The notes beneath the pieces are model-generated. The model was not told the DNA's origin and did no database searches. It saw only the letters and a list, made by a program, of their open reading frames with translations. Shown one piece after another: positions 37,610-44,992 of a stretch of 48,515 bases of DNA. This DNA is from an uncultured Planctomycetales bacterium (GTDB taxonomy: Bacteria; Omnitrophota; Gorgyraeia; Zapsychrales; Zapsychraceae): the NCBI GenBank assembly GCA_964348765.1, contig CAYGEE010000002.1, positions 1-48,515 on the forward strand, read 5' to 3'. The stretch's first letter is position 1. Each line of letters opens with the position of its first letter. Both the position numbers and the translations under genes were made by a program.

Positions 37610-37686
37610 GTGTCATTGCGAGCGCTTTTTGCGAAGCAATCTTTTAAAAAGATTGCTTCGGCCGAAAAGCGGCCTCGCAATGACAC
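37610..37686. repeat. Nested-palindrome repeat element, copy 1
   Basis: Outer stem GTGTCATTGCGAG (37610-37622) / CTCGCAATGACAC (37674-37686). Middle stem CGCTTTT / AAAAGCG. Inner stem CGAAGCAATCTTTT (37632-37645) / AAAAGATTGCTTCG (37647-37660). Confidence 0.9.
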
Positions 37687-37719
37687 AGGTGTGAAAGTTC
37701 TAAGTCAAAAGGACTTATC

Positions 37720-38703
37720 ATGACACTGGCTTTTATTCGTTGGCTTTTTTTAATTATCTGCGGCGTTGTTGGATATTATGTTGCGTTATTGTTGCATGTA
37801 AAAGATCCTCTGTCTGGGGTTTTTATTGGGCTTCTTTGCGGGCTTATCCTTATTTTTATTGAGTTTCGTCTTCGTCGTGTTTCTGTTCGAGGGTTATCAA
37901 GCGTTGTCTTTGGGCTTCTTTTGGGTATTTTCATGGCAAAGATGATCGCTAATATCCTTGCTTTGATGCCTTTGGATCCATTTATATCGTCGATCTCCGA
38001 ACTTGTGTTGACTCTTGTTTTCTCATATTTGGGCGCGGTCATGGCGCTACGCGGGAAAGATGAATTCAATGTGATCATTCCCTATGTTCGTTTCAAACGT
38101 CAGGATCTGGCTGATCAAATTTATTTGATCGATTCCAGCGCTATTATCGATGGGCGTGTTTTTGAGATCTTTCGGATCAAAAGTATCGAGGGGAGAATGG
38201 TTGTGCCGCGTTTTATTCTGCAGGAACTTCAGAAATTAGCGGATTCAGCAGATGATCTTAAACGTCAAAAAGGGCGCCGCGCGTTAGAGCTTTTAAGAAA
38301 TATTCAAAGTGATTCCAAAATGGACCTTCACATCCATGAGGATGAATTGACAGGGACACAGTCTGCTGATGAGAAATTGGTCATTTTGGCAAAAACGATG
38401 GATGCGAGGATATGCACGACAGATTTTAATCTGAGTCAACGGGCTTTTTTGCAAGGTGTGAATATTCTTAATATTCAGGAATTGGCCAATTCTTTGAGAC
38501 CTGTTCTTTTCGTCGGAGATGTTTTAGATCTCAGACTGGTTAAAGAAGGAAAAGATCATGATCAGGCCGTGGGCTTTTTGGATGATGGGACGATGGTCGT
38601 CGTTGTTCATGCTAGGTCATCGATTGGACAGAATGTCAAAGTTCAAGCGACGTCTATTTTACAGACTCAGACCGGTAAAATGATCTTTGCGAAGCTTAAT
38701 TAG
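37720..38703 (+). CDS. yacL: Membrane-anchored PIN/TRAM-domain protein (YacL-like)
   Basis: 327 aa with four N-terminal TM helices, a PIN-like core ('YLIDSSAIIDGR', 'VVPRFILQELQ..AD') and a C-terminal TRAM-like beta domain. It lies between radA and ispD, as in Bacillus. Confidence 0.75.
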   Translation: MTLAFIRWLFLIICGVVGYYVALLLHVKDPLSGVFIGLLCGLILIFIEFRLRRVSVRGLSSVVFGLLLGIFMAKMIANILALMPLDPFISSISELVLTLVFSYLGAVMALRGKDEFNVIIPYVRFKRQDLADQIYLIDSSAIIDGRVFEIFRIKSIEGRMVVPRFILQELQKLADSADDLKRQKGRRALELLRNIQSDSKMDLHIHEDELTGTQSADEKLVILAKTMDARICTTDFNLSQRAFLQGVNILNIQELANSLRPVLFVGDVLDLRLVKEGKDHDQAVGFLDDGTMVVVVHARSSIGQNVKVQATSILQTQTGKMIFAKLN

Positions 38704-38739
38704 AATTTGAGATCCTCTCCTGAGGTGTTTTTTATAGAT

Positions 38740-39426
38740 ATGAAAGTACAAGTTATTATTCCAACAGCCGGTATCGGCTCACGTTTTCAATCAAAGATCC
38801 CTAAGCCGTTCATAAAATTATTGAATAAACCGCTTTTTGTTTATTGCTTAGAAGCTTTTGAGCGAAGCCGTTTGGTTAATGGTGTCGTTCTTGTTGTTCA
38901 TCCTGAGAAAGTAGAACAATTTCGGGAAGTTGTTAGAAAATATCGATTAAAAAAGATCACAAAAATTGTTATTGGAGGGAATTCTCGCCGAGAATCTGTG
39001 GCCAATGGGCTTAAGGCTATTGATCTTGAAACGGATATCGTACTTGTTCATGACGGTGTCCGGCCGTTCCTTACTTCCCAAAAGATCGATGAACTTATTA
39101 TGGCTTGTAAAACCGAACAGGCTGTGACTTTGGCTGTTAAAGTTAAGCCAACGATCAAAGAGGTTGATCCGAAGGATCTCTATGTTCAAAGAACATTGGA
39201 TCGGGAAAAGCTTTGGGAGATCCAAACGCCGCAAGCGTTCCAGCGGGATGTATTGTGGAAAGCTCATCAGCAGCGTTTTGATGCGGAGCCTACTGATGAT
39301 GCGGCTATGGCGGAAAAATTGGGCTATAAAGTAAAAATCTTGCCAGGGAGTTATGAAAATATTAAAATCACTACGCCGATTGATCTATTGTTGGCTAAAT
39401 TGTTATTGAAAAATAATAAAAAGTAG
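38740..39426 (+). CDS. ispD: 2-C-methyl-D-erythritol 4-phosphate cytidylyltransferase
   Basis: 'VIIPTAGIGSRF....PK', 'VLVHDGVRPF' and 'IQTPQAF' are IspD motifs. The ATG at 38740 is preferred; the ORF-track start is TTG 38707. Confidence 0.9.
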   Translation: MKVQVIIPTAGIGSRFQSKIPKPFIKLLNKPLFVYCLEAFERSRLVNGVVLVVHPEKVEQFREVVRKYRLKKITKIVIGGNSRRESVANGLKAIDLETDIVLVHDGVRPFLTSQKIDELIMACKTEQAVTLAVKVKPTIKEVDPKDLYVQRTLDREKLWEIQTPQAFQRDVLWKAHQQRFDAEPTDDAAMAEKLGYKVKILPGSYENIKITTPIDLLLAKLLLKNNKK

Positions 39427-39428
39427 AA

Positions 39429-39523
39429 AGTATGAAGTATGAAGTATGAAGTAAAAAGAGTGCTCAGAAATGTAGGAAATTTTGAGATGCTTTCTTCTTA
39501 CTTCATACTTCTTACTTCTTACT
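39429..39523 (+). repeat. Heptad-built hairpin (3x GTATGAA / TTCATAC-TTCTTAC units) between ispD and ispF
   Basis: Arms 39429-39460 and 39492-39523 pair at 32 positions: 28 Watson-Crick, 1 G.U and 3 mismatches. An inner 7-bp stem (39463-39469 / 39480-39486) caps it. It starts 3 nt after the ispD stop and ends 16 nt before the ispF ATG. Confidence 0.85.
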
Positions 39524-39539
39524 CCGAAGGACTCATTTT

Positions 39540-40019
39540 ATGATTATTAAAGTAGGCACAGGCTACGACATTCATCGCCTAATCAAAGGACGGAAACTGA
39601 TCTTAGGCGGCGTTGAGGTCCCTTACGAAAAAGGCCTTGAGGGTCATTCGGACGCGGATGTACTTTTGCACGCGATCTGTGACGCGCTTCTTGGTGCGAT
39701 CGGTAAGGGCGATATTGGCGAGCATTTTTCCAATACGGATGAGAAATATCGTAATGTTTCCAGTCTTATTTTGCTTAAAACCGTTTATGATCTTGTCAAA
39801 AAAGAAGGCTATTCAATTATTAACATAGATGCTATTATTCATGCCGAAGAGCCAAAATTAATGGCTCATAAAGTGAAGATGTGTTCTGTGATCGCGAAGA
39901 GTCTTGCTATCAAAGAAGACGCTGTGAATATTAAAGCTACAACGCATGAAGGGCTAGGCGCGATCGGCAATAAAGAAGGCATTGCCGCAATGGCGACTGT
40001 TTTAATAAAAAAAGGATAA
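39540..40019 (+). CDS. ispF: 2-C-methyl-D-erythritol 2,4-cyclodiphosphate synthase
   Basis: 'VGTGYDIHRL..GR.L.LGGV.....GL.GHSDADVLLHAI.DALLGA...GDIG..F' is the IspF signature. 159 aa. Confidence 0.95.
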   Translation: MIIKVGTGYDIHRLIKGRKLILGGVEVPYEKGLEGHSDADVLLHAICDALLGAIGKGDIGEHFSNTDEKYRNVSSLILLKTVYDLVKKEGYSIINIDAIIHAEEPKLMAHKVKMCSVIAKSLAIKEDAVNIKATTHEGLGAIGNKEGIAAMATVLIKKG

Positions 40020-40024
40020 CGGGG

Positions 40025-40738
40025 ATGTCGGTTTTAATGTTTATATTGTTTTTTTTGTTATGGATCATGGGATGTGTTGTCATGGTCTCGATCTTTTTTG
40101 CTGATGAAATAAGATCAACAAAAGAAAAAGATCCGGCAGCTAAAAACTATTTGGAGATCGTGCTTCTTTACGCGGGTCTTCACGCAGTTATTGCTTATCG
40201 GATCAGCCATTTTTTGTTTAAAAATAAAGTCCCTTTTTTCCCGCGTGCTGTTTCTCAGTTAGCTCGGTTCTTTACCGGTATTGAGATCCATCCGGGTGCG
40301 ACGATCGGTAATGGGCTTTTTATTGATCATGGAATGGGAGTTGTGATCGGTGAGACCTCGATCCTTGGAAATGACGTTACGCTTTTTCAAGGCGTGACAT
40401 TGGGCGGAAGGGGTAAGGAAACCGGCAAAAGGCATCCCACGCTTGGCAACGGTATTGTCGTCGGGGCCGGCGCGAAGGTGTTGGGAAATATTACGATCGG
40501 TGATAATAGTTATATCGGATCGAATGCGGTCGTCTTAAAAAATGTCCCTGCCAACTCGACCGTCGTCGGCGTTCCGGGCCACGTCACCAAGCAGGACGGT
40601 AAACGTATTGATCTTATGATGGACCACGTTCAGGCTTCCGACCCAATGATGCAGCACATGAAAGACCTTTTAAAACGGATCAAGCATCTGGAAGAAAAGT
40701 TAAACGAGCCATCATCCCGCGAGGATTACGATATTTAA
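40025..40738 (+). CDS. cysE: Serine O-acetyltransferase
   Basis: 'KDPAAKNYLEIVLLYAGLHAV.AYRISHFL', 'GIEIHPGA.IG.GLFIDHGMGVVIGET' and hexapeptide repeats. The first ~24 residues are strongly hydrophobic, so the start is uncertain. Confidence 0.88.
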   Translation: MSVLMFILFFLLWIMGCVVMVSIFFADEIRSTKEKDPAAKNYLEIVLLYAGLHAVIAYRISHFLFKNKVPFFPRAVSQLARFFTGIEIHPGATIGNGLFIDHGMGVVIGETSILGNDVTLFQGVTLGGRGKETGKRHPTLGNGIVVGAGAKVLGNITIGDNSYIGSNAVVLKNVPANSTVVGVPGHVTKQDGKRIDLMMDHVQASDPMMQHMKDLLKRIKHLEEKLNEPSSREDYDI

Positions 40739-40777
40739 TTTGTTTTTAAAGAACAGAAAATTAGTGAAAAATAATCC

Positions 40778-40806
40778 GTAGAGACGAGCCGTCGGTTCGT
40801 CTCTAC
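40778..40806 (+). terminator. Stem-loop after cysE (GTAGAGACGAGCC-gtc-GGTTCGTCTCTAC)
   Basis: 13-bp stem (one G.U) with a 3-nt loop, followed by ATTACTTTGATTTT. It is a paralogue of the 25702-25730 hairpin. Confidence 0.6.
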
Positions 40807-40820
40807 ATTACTTTGATTTT

Positions 40821-42227
40821 ATGCCTATCCGTATTTTCAATTCCTTAACCAAAGAAAAGACAGATTTTATTCCTACCGACGGTCAGACGGTCAAGATGTA
40901 CACATGCGGGGTCACGGTCTATGATGCCTGCCACATCGGGCACGCACGCAGTTTGTATGTTTTTGATGTTATCCGCCGTTATTTGAAATTCCGCGGGTAT
41001 AACGTTCAATTCGTCCGCAATATCACTGATATTGACGATAAGATCATCAACAAGGCCAATGAATTAAAAAAGCCCTGGAATGAAGTTGTCAGGGAGAATA
41101 TCGATAGTTATTATCGGGACATGAAGGCTTTGGGGATCAGTAAAGCTGATAGTGAGCCTCGGGCGACGGAAAGTATTCCAGAGATGATCGCCCACATTGA
41201 AGGGCTCATCAAAAAGAATATGGCCTATGAATTAAACGGCGATGTGTATTTTAGCGTGCGTCAGTTTAAAGGTTACGGAAAGCTTTCGGGCCAGAGTATC
41301 GATAAAATGCTTGAAGGTGTCCGGATCGATGCGAACGAACGGAAAAAAGATCCGCTGGATTTTGCGCTTTGGAAAAGATCAAAAGAAGGCGAGCCGTCGT
41401 GGGAAAGTCCCTGGGGCGACGGGCGTCCAGGTTGGCACATTGAATGTTCGTGCATGAGCATGAAGCATCTAAAAACAGAAACACTTGATATTCACGCCGG
41501 TGGACGGGATTTAATTTTTCCTCATCATGAAAACGAGATCGCTCAATCTGAAGGCTTGACCGGAAAGCCGTTTGCCAACTATTGGATCCATCATGGGTTG
41601 TTGACGATCAACAGCCAGAAAATGGCGAAATCGCTGGGGAATTTTATTACGATCGAAGAAGCGTTAAAAAAATATAGCGTTGATCAGTTAAAAGTTTTGT
41701 TTTTATCATCACATTATGCCAGTCCGGTCGATTTCACCGAAGAGAAGATGATTGATGCGAAAAAAGCTCTTGATCGGTTCGATGTCCTATTTTGGAAAGC
41801 GCACGAACTTCTAAAAGATAAAGGTAAGGTTCAAAGTTATCCGGTTGATTTTGTTATTGAGCATAAGAATCGATTTGTTGAAGCGATGGATGATGACTTC
41901 AATACGGCCAAGGGAATAAGCTGTTTATTCGATCTGATCAATGACACGAATAAATTTATTGCCAATGAAACGGCGAATGATAAATATCTTAGTGTTATTT
42001 ACGGTGCGGTGAATATTATTGAAACGATCAGCCGAGAGATCTTTGGGTTGTTTTTGCATGAAGAAGATAAAGTGTTAAACCCGGAGCTGCAGAAATTGAT
42101 CGATGATCGTCAAGAAGCACGTCGGTCAAAAGATTTTAAAAGATCCGATGAGCTGCGCGACCTATTGAAGGATAAAGGCGTTGCTGTCGAGGATACGAAG
42201 TCCGGACAGACGTGGCGATGGTTGTAA
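40821..42227 (+). CDS. cysS: Cysteine--tRNA ligase
   Basis: 'YTCGVTVYD..HIGHARS' (HIGH), 'KMAKSLGN' (KMSKS) and 'DIHAGG.DL.FPHHENEIAQSE'. 468 aa. Confidence 0.95.
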   Translation: MPIRIFNSLTKEKTDFIPTDGQTVKMYTCGVTVYDACHIGHARSLYVFDVIRRYLKFRGYNVQFVRNITDIDDKIINKANELKKPWNEVVRENIDSYYRDMKALGISKADSEPRATESIPEMIAHIEGLIKKNMAYELNGDVYFSVRQFKGYGKLSGQSIDKMLEGVRIDANERKKDPLDFALWKRSKEGEPSWESPWGDGRPGWHIECSCMSMKHLKTETLDIHAGGRDLIFPHHENEIAQSEGLTGKPFANYWIHHGLLTINSQKMAKSLGNFITIEEALKKYSVDQLKVLFLSSHYASPVDFTEEKMIDAKKALDRFDVLFWKAHELLKDKGKVQSYPVDFVIEHKNRFVEAMDDDFNTAKGISCLFDLINDTNKFIANETANDKYLSVIYGAVNIIETISREIFGLFLHEEDKVLNPELQKLIDDRQEARRSKDFKRSDELRDLLKDKGVAVEDTKSGQTWRWL

Positions 42228-42234
42228 TGATTTT

Positions 42235-42327
42235 GTGTCATTGCGGGATGTTCTTACATTTTTGACGAAGCAATCTTTTAAAAGATCGCTTCGTTATTGG
42301 AAAAATTGCTTTTCCTCGCGATGACAC
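42235..42327. repeat. Nested-palindrome repeat element, copy 2 (degenerate outer stem)
   Basis: GTGTCATTGCGGG ... CGAAGCAATCTTTTAAAAGATCGCTTCG (42266-42293) ... CCTCGCGATGACAC. Confidence 0.85.
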
Positions 42328-42366
42328 AGTGAAGTCATTAATATAAATTTGAGATTATAAGAAATT

Positions 42367-42990
42367 ATGCAAGGCAAATTCATCACATTCGAAGGCTCAG
42401 AAGGCTCTGGGAAAAGTACCCAGATCGATCTTCTGGCGCAATATTTAAGAAAGAAAAAGAAACGCGTCCTTTTTTTGCGTGAGCCGGGCGGAGTTGAGAT
42501 CAGCGAGAAGATCCGTGATCTTTTGTTGGATGTGCAGAATAAAAAAATGGGCAGTGAATGTGAAACGCTTCTTTATATGGCGGCGCGCGCTCAGCTTGTT
42601 TTTGAAAAGATCGAGCCCGCCTTAAAACGGGGAGAGATCGTTCTTTGCGATCGATTTTTAGATTCAACGATCGCCTACCAGGGTTTTGGTAATGGAGTTA
42701 ATATTGATTTTATAAAAACGATAGGAAAATTCGCGACTCGTGGGATTGCGCCTAATCTGACATTTATTTTTGACATTGATGCCCGTCAGGGATTATCAAG
42801 GATAAGCCGGGAAAAAGACCGGATCGAGCAACGCGCGCTTTCGTATCATCAAAAGGTGCGGCAAGGTTATCAATTTCTAGCTAAAAAAGAACCGCGCCGG
42901 ATAAAATTGATCGAAGGCAGCCAGACGAGGGAAGTTATTCAAGGGATTATTCAGAAGCATGTTAATAGTCTTTTGGATTTAAGGGTTTAG
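42367..42990 (+). CDS. tmk: Thymidylate kinase
   Basis: 'GKFITFEG.EGSGKSTQ' P-loop, 'REPGG' and 'DRF.DST.AYQG'. 207 aa. Confidence 0.93.
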   Translation: MQGKFITFEGSEGSGKSTQIDLLAQYLRKKKKRVLFLREPGGVEISEKIRDLLLDVQNKKMGSECETLLYMAARAQLVFEKIEPALKRGEIVLCDRFLDSTIAYQGFGNGVNIDFIKTIGKFATRGIAPNLTFIFDIDARQGLSRISREKDRIEQRALSYHQKVRQGYQFLAKKEPRRIKLIEGSQTREVIQGIIQKHVNSLLDLRV

Positions 42991-43002
42991 TATCTTGCAT
43001 TT

Positions 43003-43096
43003 GTGTCATTGCGAGGAGCAATAATCGTTTTTATGATATCGGTGACGAAGCAACCCTTTTAAAAGATTGCTTCGCCCGTAGGGCTCGCAATGACAC
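43003..43096. repeat. Nested-palindrome repeat element, copy 3
   Basis: GTGTCATTGCGAG (43003-43015) ... CGAAGCAACCCTTTTAAAAGATTGCTTCG (43046-43074) ... GCCCGTAGGGC ... CTCGCAATGACAC (43084-43096). Confidence 0.88.
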
Positions 43097-43121
43097 AAGA
43101 GTAGTTTTTAAGGGTAAAATT

Positions 43122-44087
43122 ATGCAAAAAGAACAAGTTTTACATGAAAATATCCTAAAATATTTTGCGACACTCTTAAAAAAAGAACGCCTCGCGCATG
43201 CATATCTTTTTATTGGCCGGGATGGTCTTGGGAAATTTGAGACGGCGATCGATCTTGCTAAGATGATCAATTGTGAGAATAAACTTATTGGTGGCTTCTT
43301 TTGCGATGAATGTCCATCGTGCATCAAGATCAATAAGAATAGTCATCCGGATGTTCATGCTTTAGAGAAAGAGGAAGGAGAGAATATTAAGATCGAAAAG
43401 GTGCGTGAATTGATCGGCCAGATCCAATTGCGGCCGTTTATTTCAACGCGAAAGATCTTTATCATTAAGAACGCGGAACAGCTTTCATTGGAAGGTGCGA
43501 ACGCGTTGCTTAAAACTCTAGAGGAGCCATCGGCGCATAGCCTATTGATCTTAACAACATCATCTCCTGAACGGAATTTAGGGACGATCCGGTCTCGCTG
43601 CCAGGCTGTTTTATTCTCGCCGTCATCGTATCAAGGTCTCGAGGGATTTTTGCTCTCAGAAGGTGAGAGTAAGGATAAAGCGAGGTTTTTTGCTCACTTT
43701 TCGCAAGGCGCCATGGGGCGGGCAAAAGAACTTCAAGGACAGGATTTTTATGCTCGGAAAAATGAATTCATTGATGGATTTATTTTGAATATCGCCACAG
43801 ATGCTTTTATGAAAGAGCTTCTGGCAGAAAAAGATGATGTTCGATCATTTTTGGATGTTCTGTTTAGCTGGATCCGTGATTGCATATTATTGAAAAGTGG
43901 TGTGCGGGATGAACGGTTGATCCATTTAGACAGATTACGAGACCTTGAGAGGTTCCAGGAGAAATTTTCTTTTGCTGAATTAAGCATGGTCAGCGATGAG
44001 ATCTTAAAGACTTACAAACTTCTGGCGGAGAATTTAAATTTAAAGGTTCCGCTTTTAATGATAAAGGAGATGATATGGGCAAAGTGA
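43122..44087 (+). CDS. holB: DNA polymerase III subunit delta-prime
   Basis: 321 aa. 'L.HAYLF.G..G.GK...A...A..I.C' with the zinc-module 'C..C.SC..I....HPD', and 'ANALLKTLEEP'. Confidence 0.85.
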   Translation: MQKEQVLHENILKYFATLLKKERLAHAYLFIGRDGLGKFETAIDLAKMINCENKLIGGFFCDECPSCIKINKNSHPDVHALEKEEGENIKIEKVRELIGQIQLRPFISTRKIFIIKNAEQLSLEGANALLKTLEEPSAHSLLILTTSSPERNLGTIRSRCQAVLFSPSSYQGLEGFLLSEGESKDKARFFAHFSQGAMGRAKELQGQDFYARKNEFIDGFILNIATDAFMKELLAEKDDVRSFLDVLFSWIRDCILLKSGVRDERLIHLDRLRDLERFQEKFSFAELSMVSDEILKTYKLLAENLNLKVPLLMIKEMIWAK

Positions 44088-44869
44088 TCGAAGTGAAGTT
44101 GGGACATTTTCGCGGCAGTGAAATGTTCGATCTTAATAATATTGAATGCCAAAAAGGCGACATGGTCATTCTTGATGTGAATAAACAATCTGAATTCGGT
44201 GAAGTTGTTTCCGATATGGATAAAGTGTGTGATGGAAAGACAGAGAATATGTCAGGAAAGATCCTTCGTAAGGCCACAGAAGGTGATGTCAAGCAGATCG
44301 CTAATAATGCGATTAAGGCGAAAGATGCTTTGAACGCTATTTTAAGAAAGATCGACGAGCGAAAACTTGATATGCAGGTGGCGAAGGCGGAATATACTTT
44401 TGACAGCAGCAAGATCATTTTTTTCTTTACCGCGGAAGACCGCGTGGATTTTCGTAATCTTGTGAAAGACTTAGCAAAGATCTTTCGTGTCCGCATTGAG
44501 CTTAAGCAGATCGGTGTGCGGGACAAGGCGAAGATCATCGGCGGATATGGCGTTTGCGGCCGGGAACTATGCTGTTCATCTTATATGAAAGGCTTCCATA
44601 ATCTGTCGATCAAAATGGCTAAAGAGCAAGGCTTGCCGCTTAATCCGACGAGGATATCTGGAGTTTGCGGACGCATTAAATGCTGCATGGCTTATGAGTT
44701 TGAAGTTTACCGGTATTATTCCAAAAACCTTCCTCACGTCGGCGACAAAGTCACGATCGATGAAGGTAAGGGAAAAGTCATTGATGTGAATATTTTGAAA
44801 CGTATTGTGATGGTCAGCTTAGAAGATGGACGCGTGATAAGATCAGAATACGCGATGGCGGCGGGATAA
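44075..44869 (+). CDS. yaaT: PSP1-domain protein (YaaT/RicT, stage 0 sporulation family)
   Basis: 264 aa. 'FTAEDRVDFR.LVKDLAKIF..RIEL.QIGVRD.AK..GG.G.CGRELCC' is the PSP1 signature. It overlaps the holB end. Confidence 0.85.
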   Translation: MGKVIEVKLGHFRGSEMFDLNNIECQKGDMVILDVNKQSEFGEVVSDMDKVCDGKTENMSGKILRKATEGDVKQIANNAIKAKDALNAILRKIDERKLDMQVAKAEYTFDSSKIIFFFTAEDRVDFRNLVKDLAKIFRVRIELKQIGVRDKAKIIGGYGVCGRELCCSSYMKGFHNLSIKMAKEQGLPLNPTRISGVCGRIKCCMAYEFEVYRYYSKNLPHVGDKVTIDEGKGKVIDVNILKRIVMVSLEDGRVIRSEYAMAAG

Positions 44870-44884
44870 TAAAAAATAGAATGT

Positions 44885-44985
44885 GGGTGAGTTTTGAGTT
44901 GTGGGTCGGGTTGTGAGTTTAAAGTTGTGAGGAATTAAAACCCATTCTCAAAACTCATTCTCGACCCATAACACATAACTCACTC
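44885..44985 (+). repeat. 101-nt imperfect hairpin between yaaT and metG
   Basis: Hand pairing: 44885-44908 with 44962-44985 (24 positions: 20 Watson-Crick, 2 G.U, 2 mismatches). 44914-44920 with 44951-44957 is 7 bp. 44928-44933 with 44945-44950 is 6 bp. An unpaired 7-nt unit (44921-44927) remains. It ends 7 nt before the metG ATG. Confidence 0.85.
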
Positions 44986-44992
44986 TTTATTA

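Noticed and set aside
43031-43333. 100-aa - strand ORF spanning repeat copy 3 and the holB start
   Set aside because: The reading frame is created by the palindromic repeat and the antisense of holB. It has no coding features.
43990-44538. 182-aa ORF on the - strand, antisense to the PSP1/yaaT gene
   Set aside because: It lies entirely inside a well-supported + strand gene. Its translation is low-complexity and Ser/Leu/Arg-rich, with no motif, RBS or promoter. This is a typical antisense shadow ORF.
14766-44985. Could the short tandem repeats be CRISPR arrays?
   Set aside because: The units are 7 nt, not 24-48 nt, and they are contiguous without unique spacers. Each block is an inverted repeat, and no cas genes are present.
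44885-44992. T-box or other known aaRS leader upstream of metG
   Set aside because: I could not find T-box or specifier-loop features. The structure is a simple long hairpin of repeat units like the other gaps. It is reported as a finding, but not as a known riboswitch.
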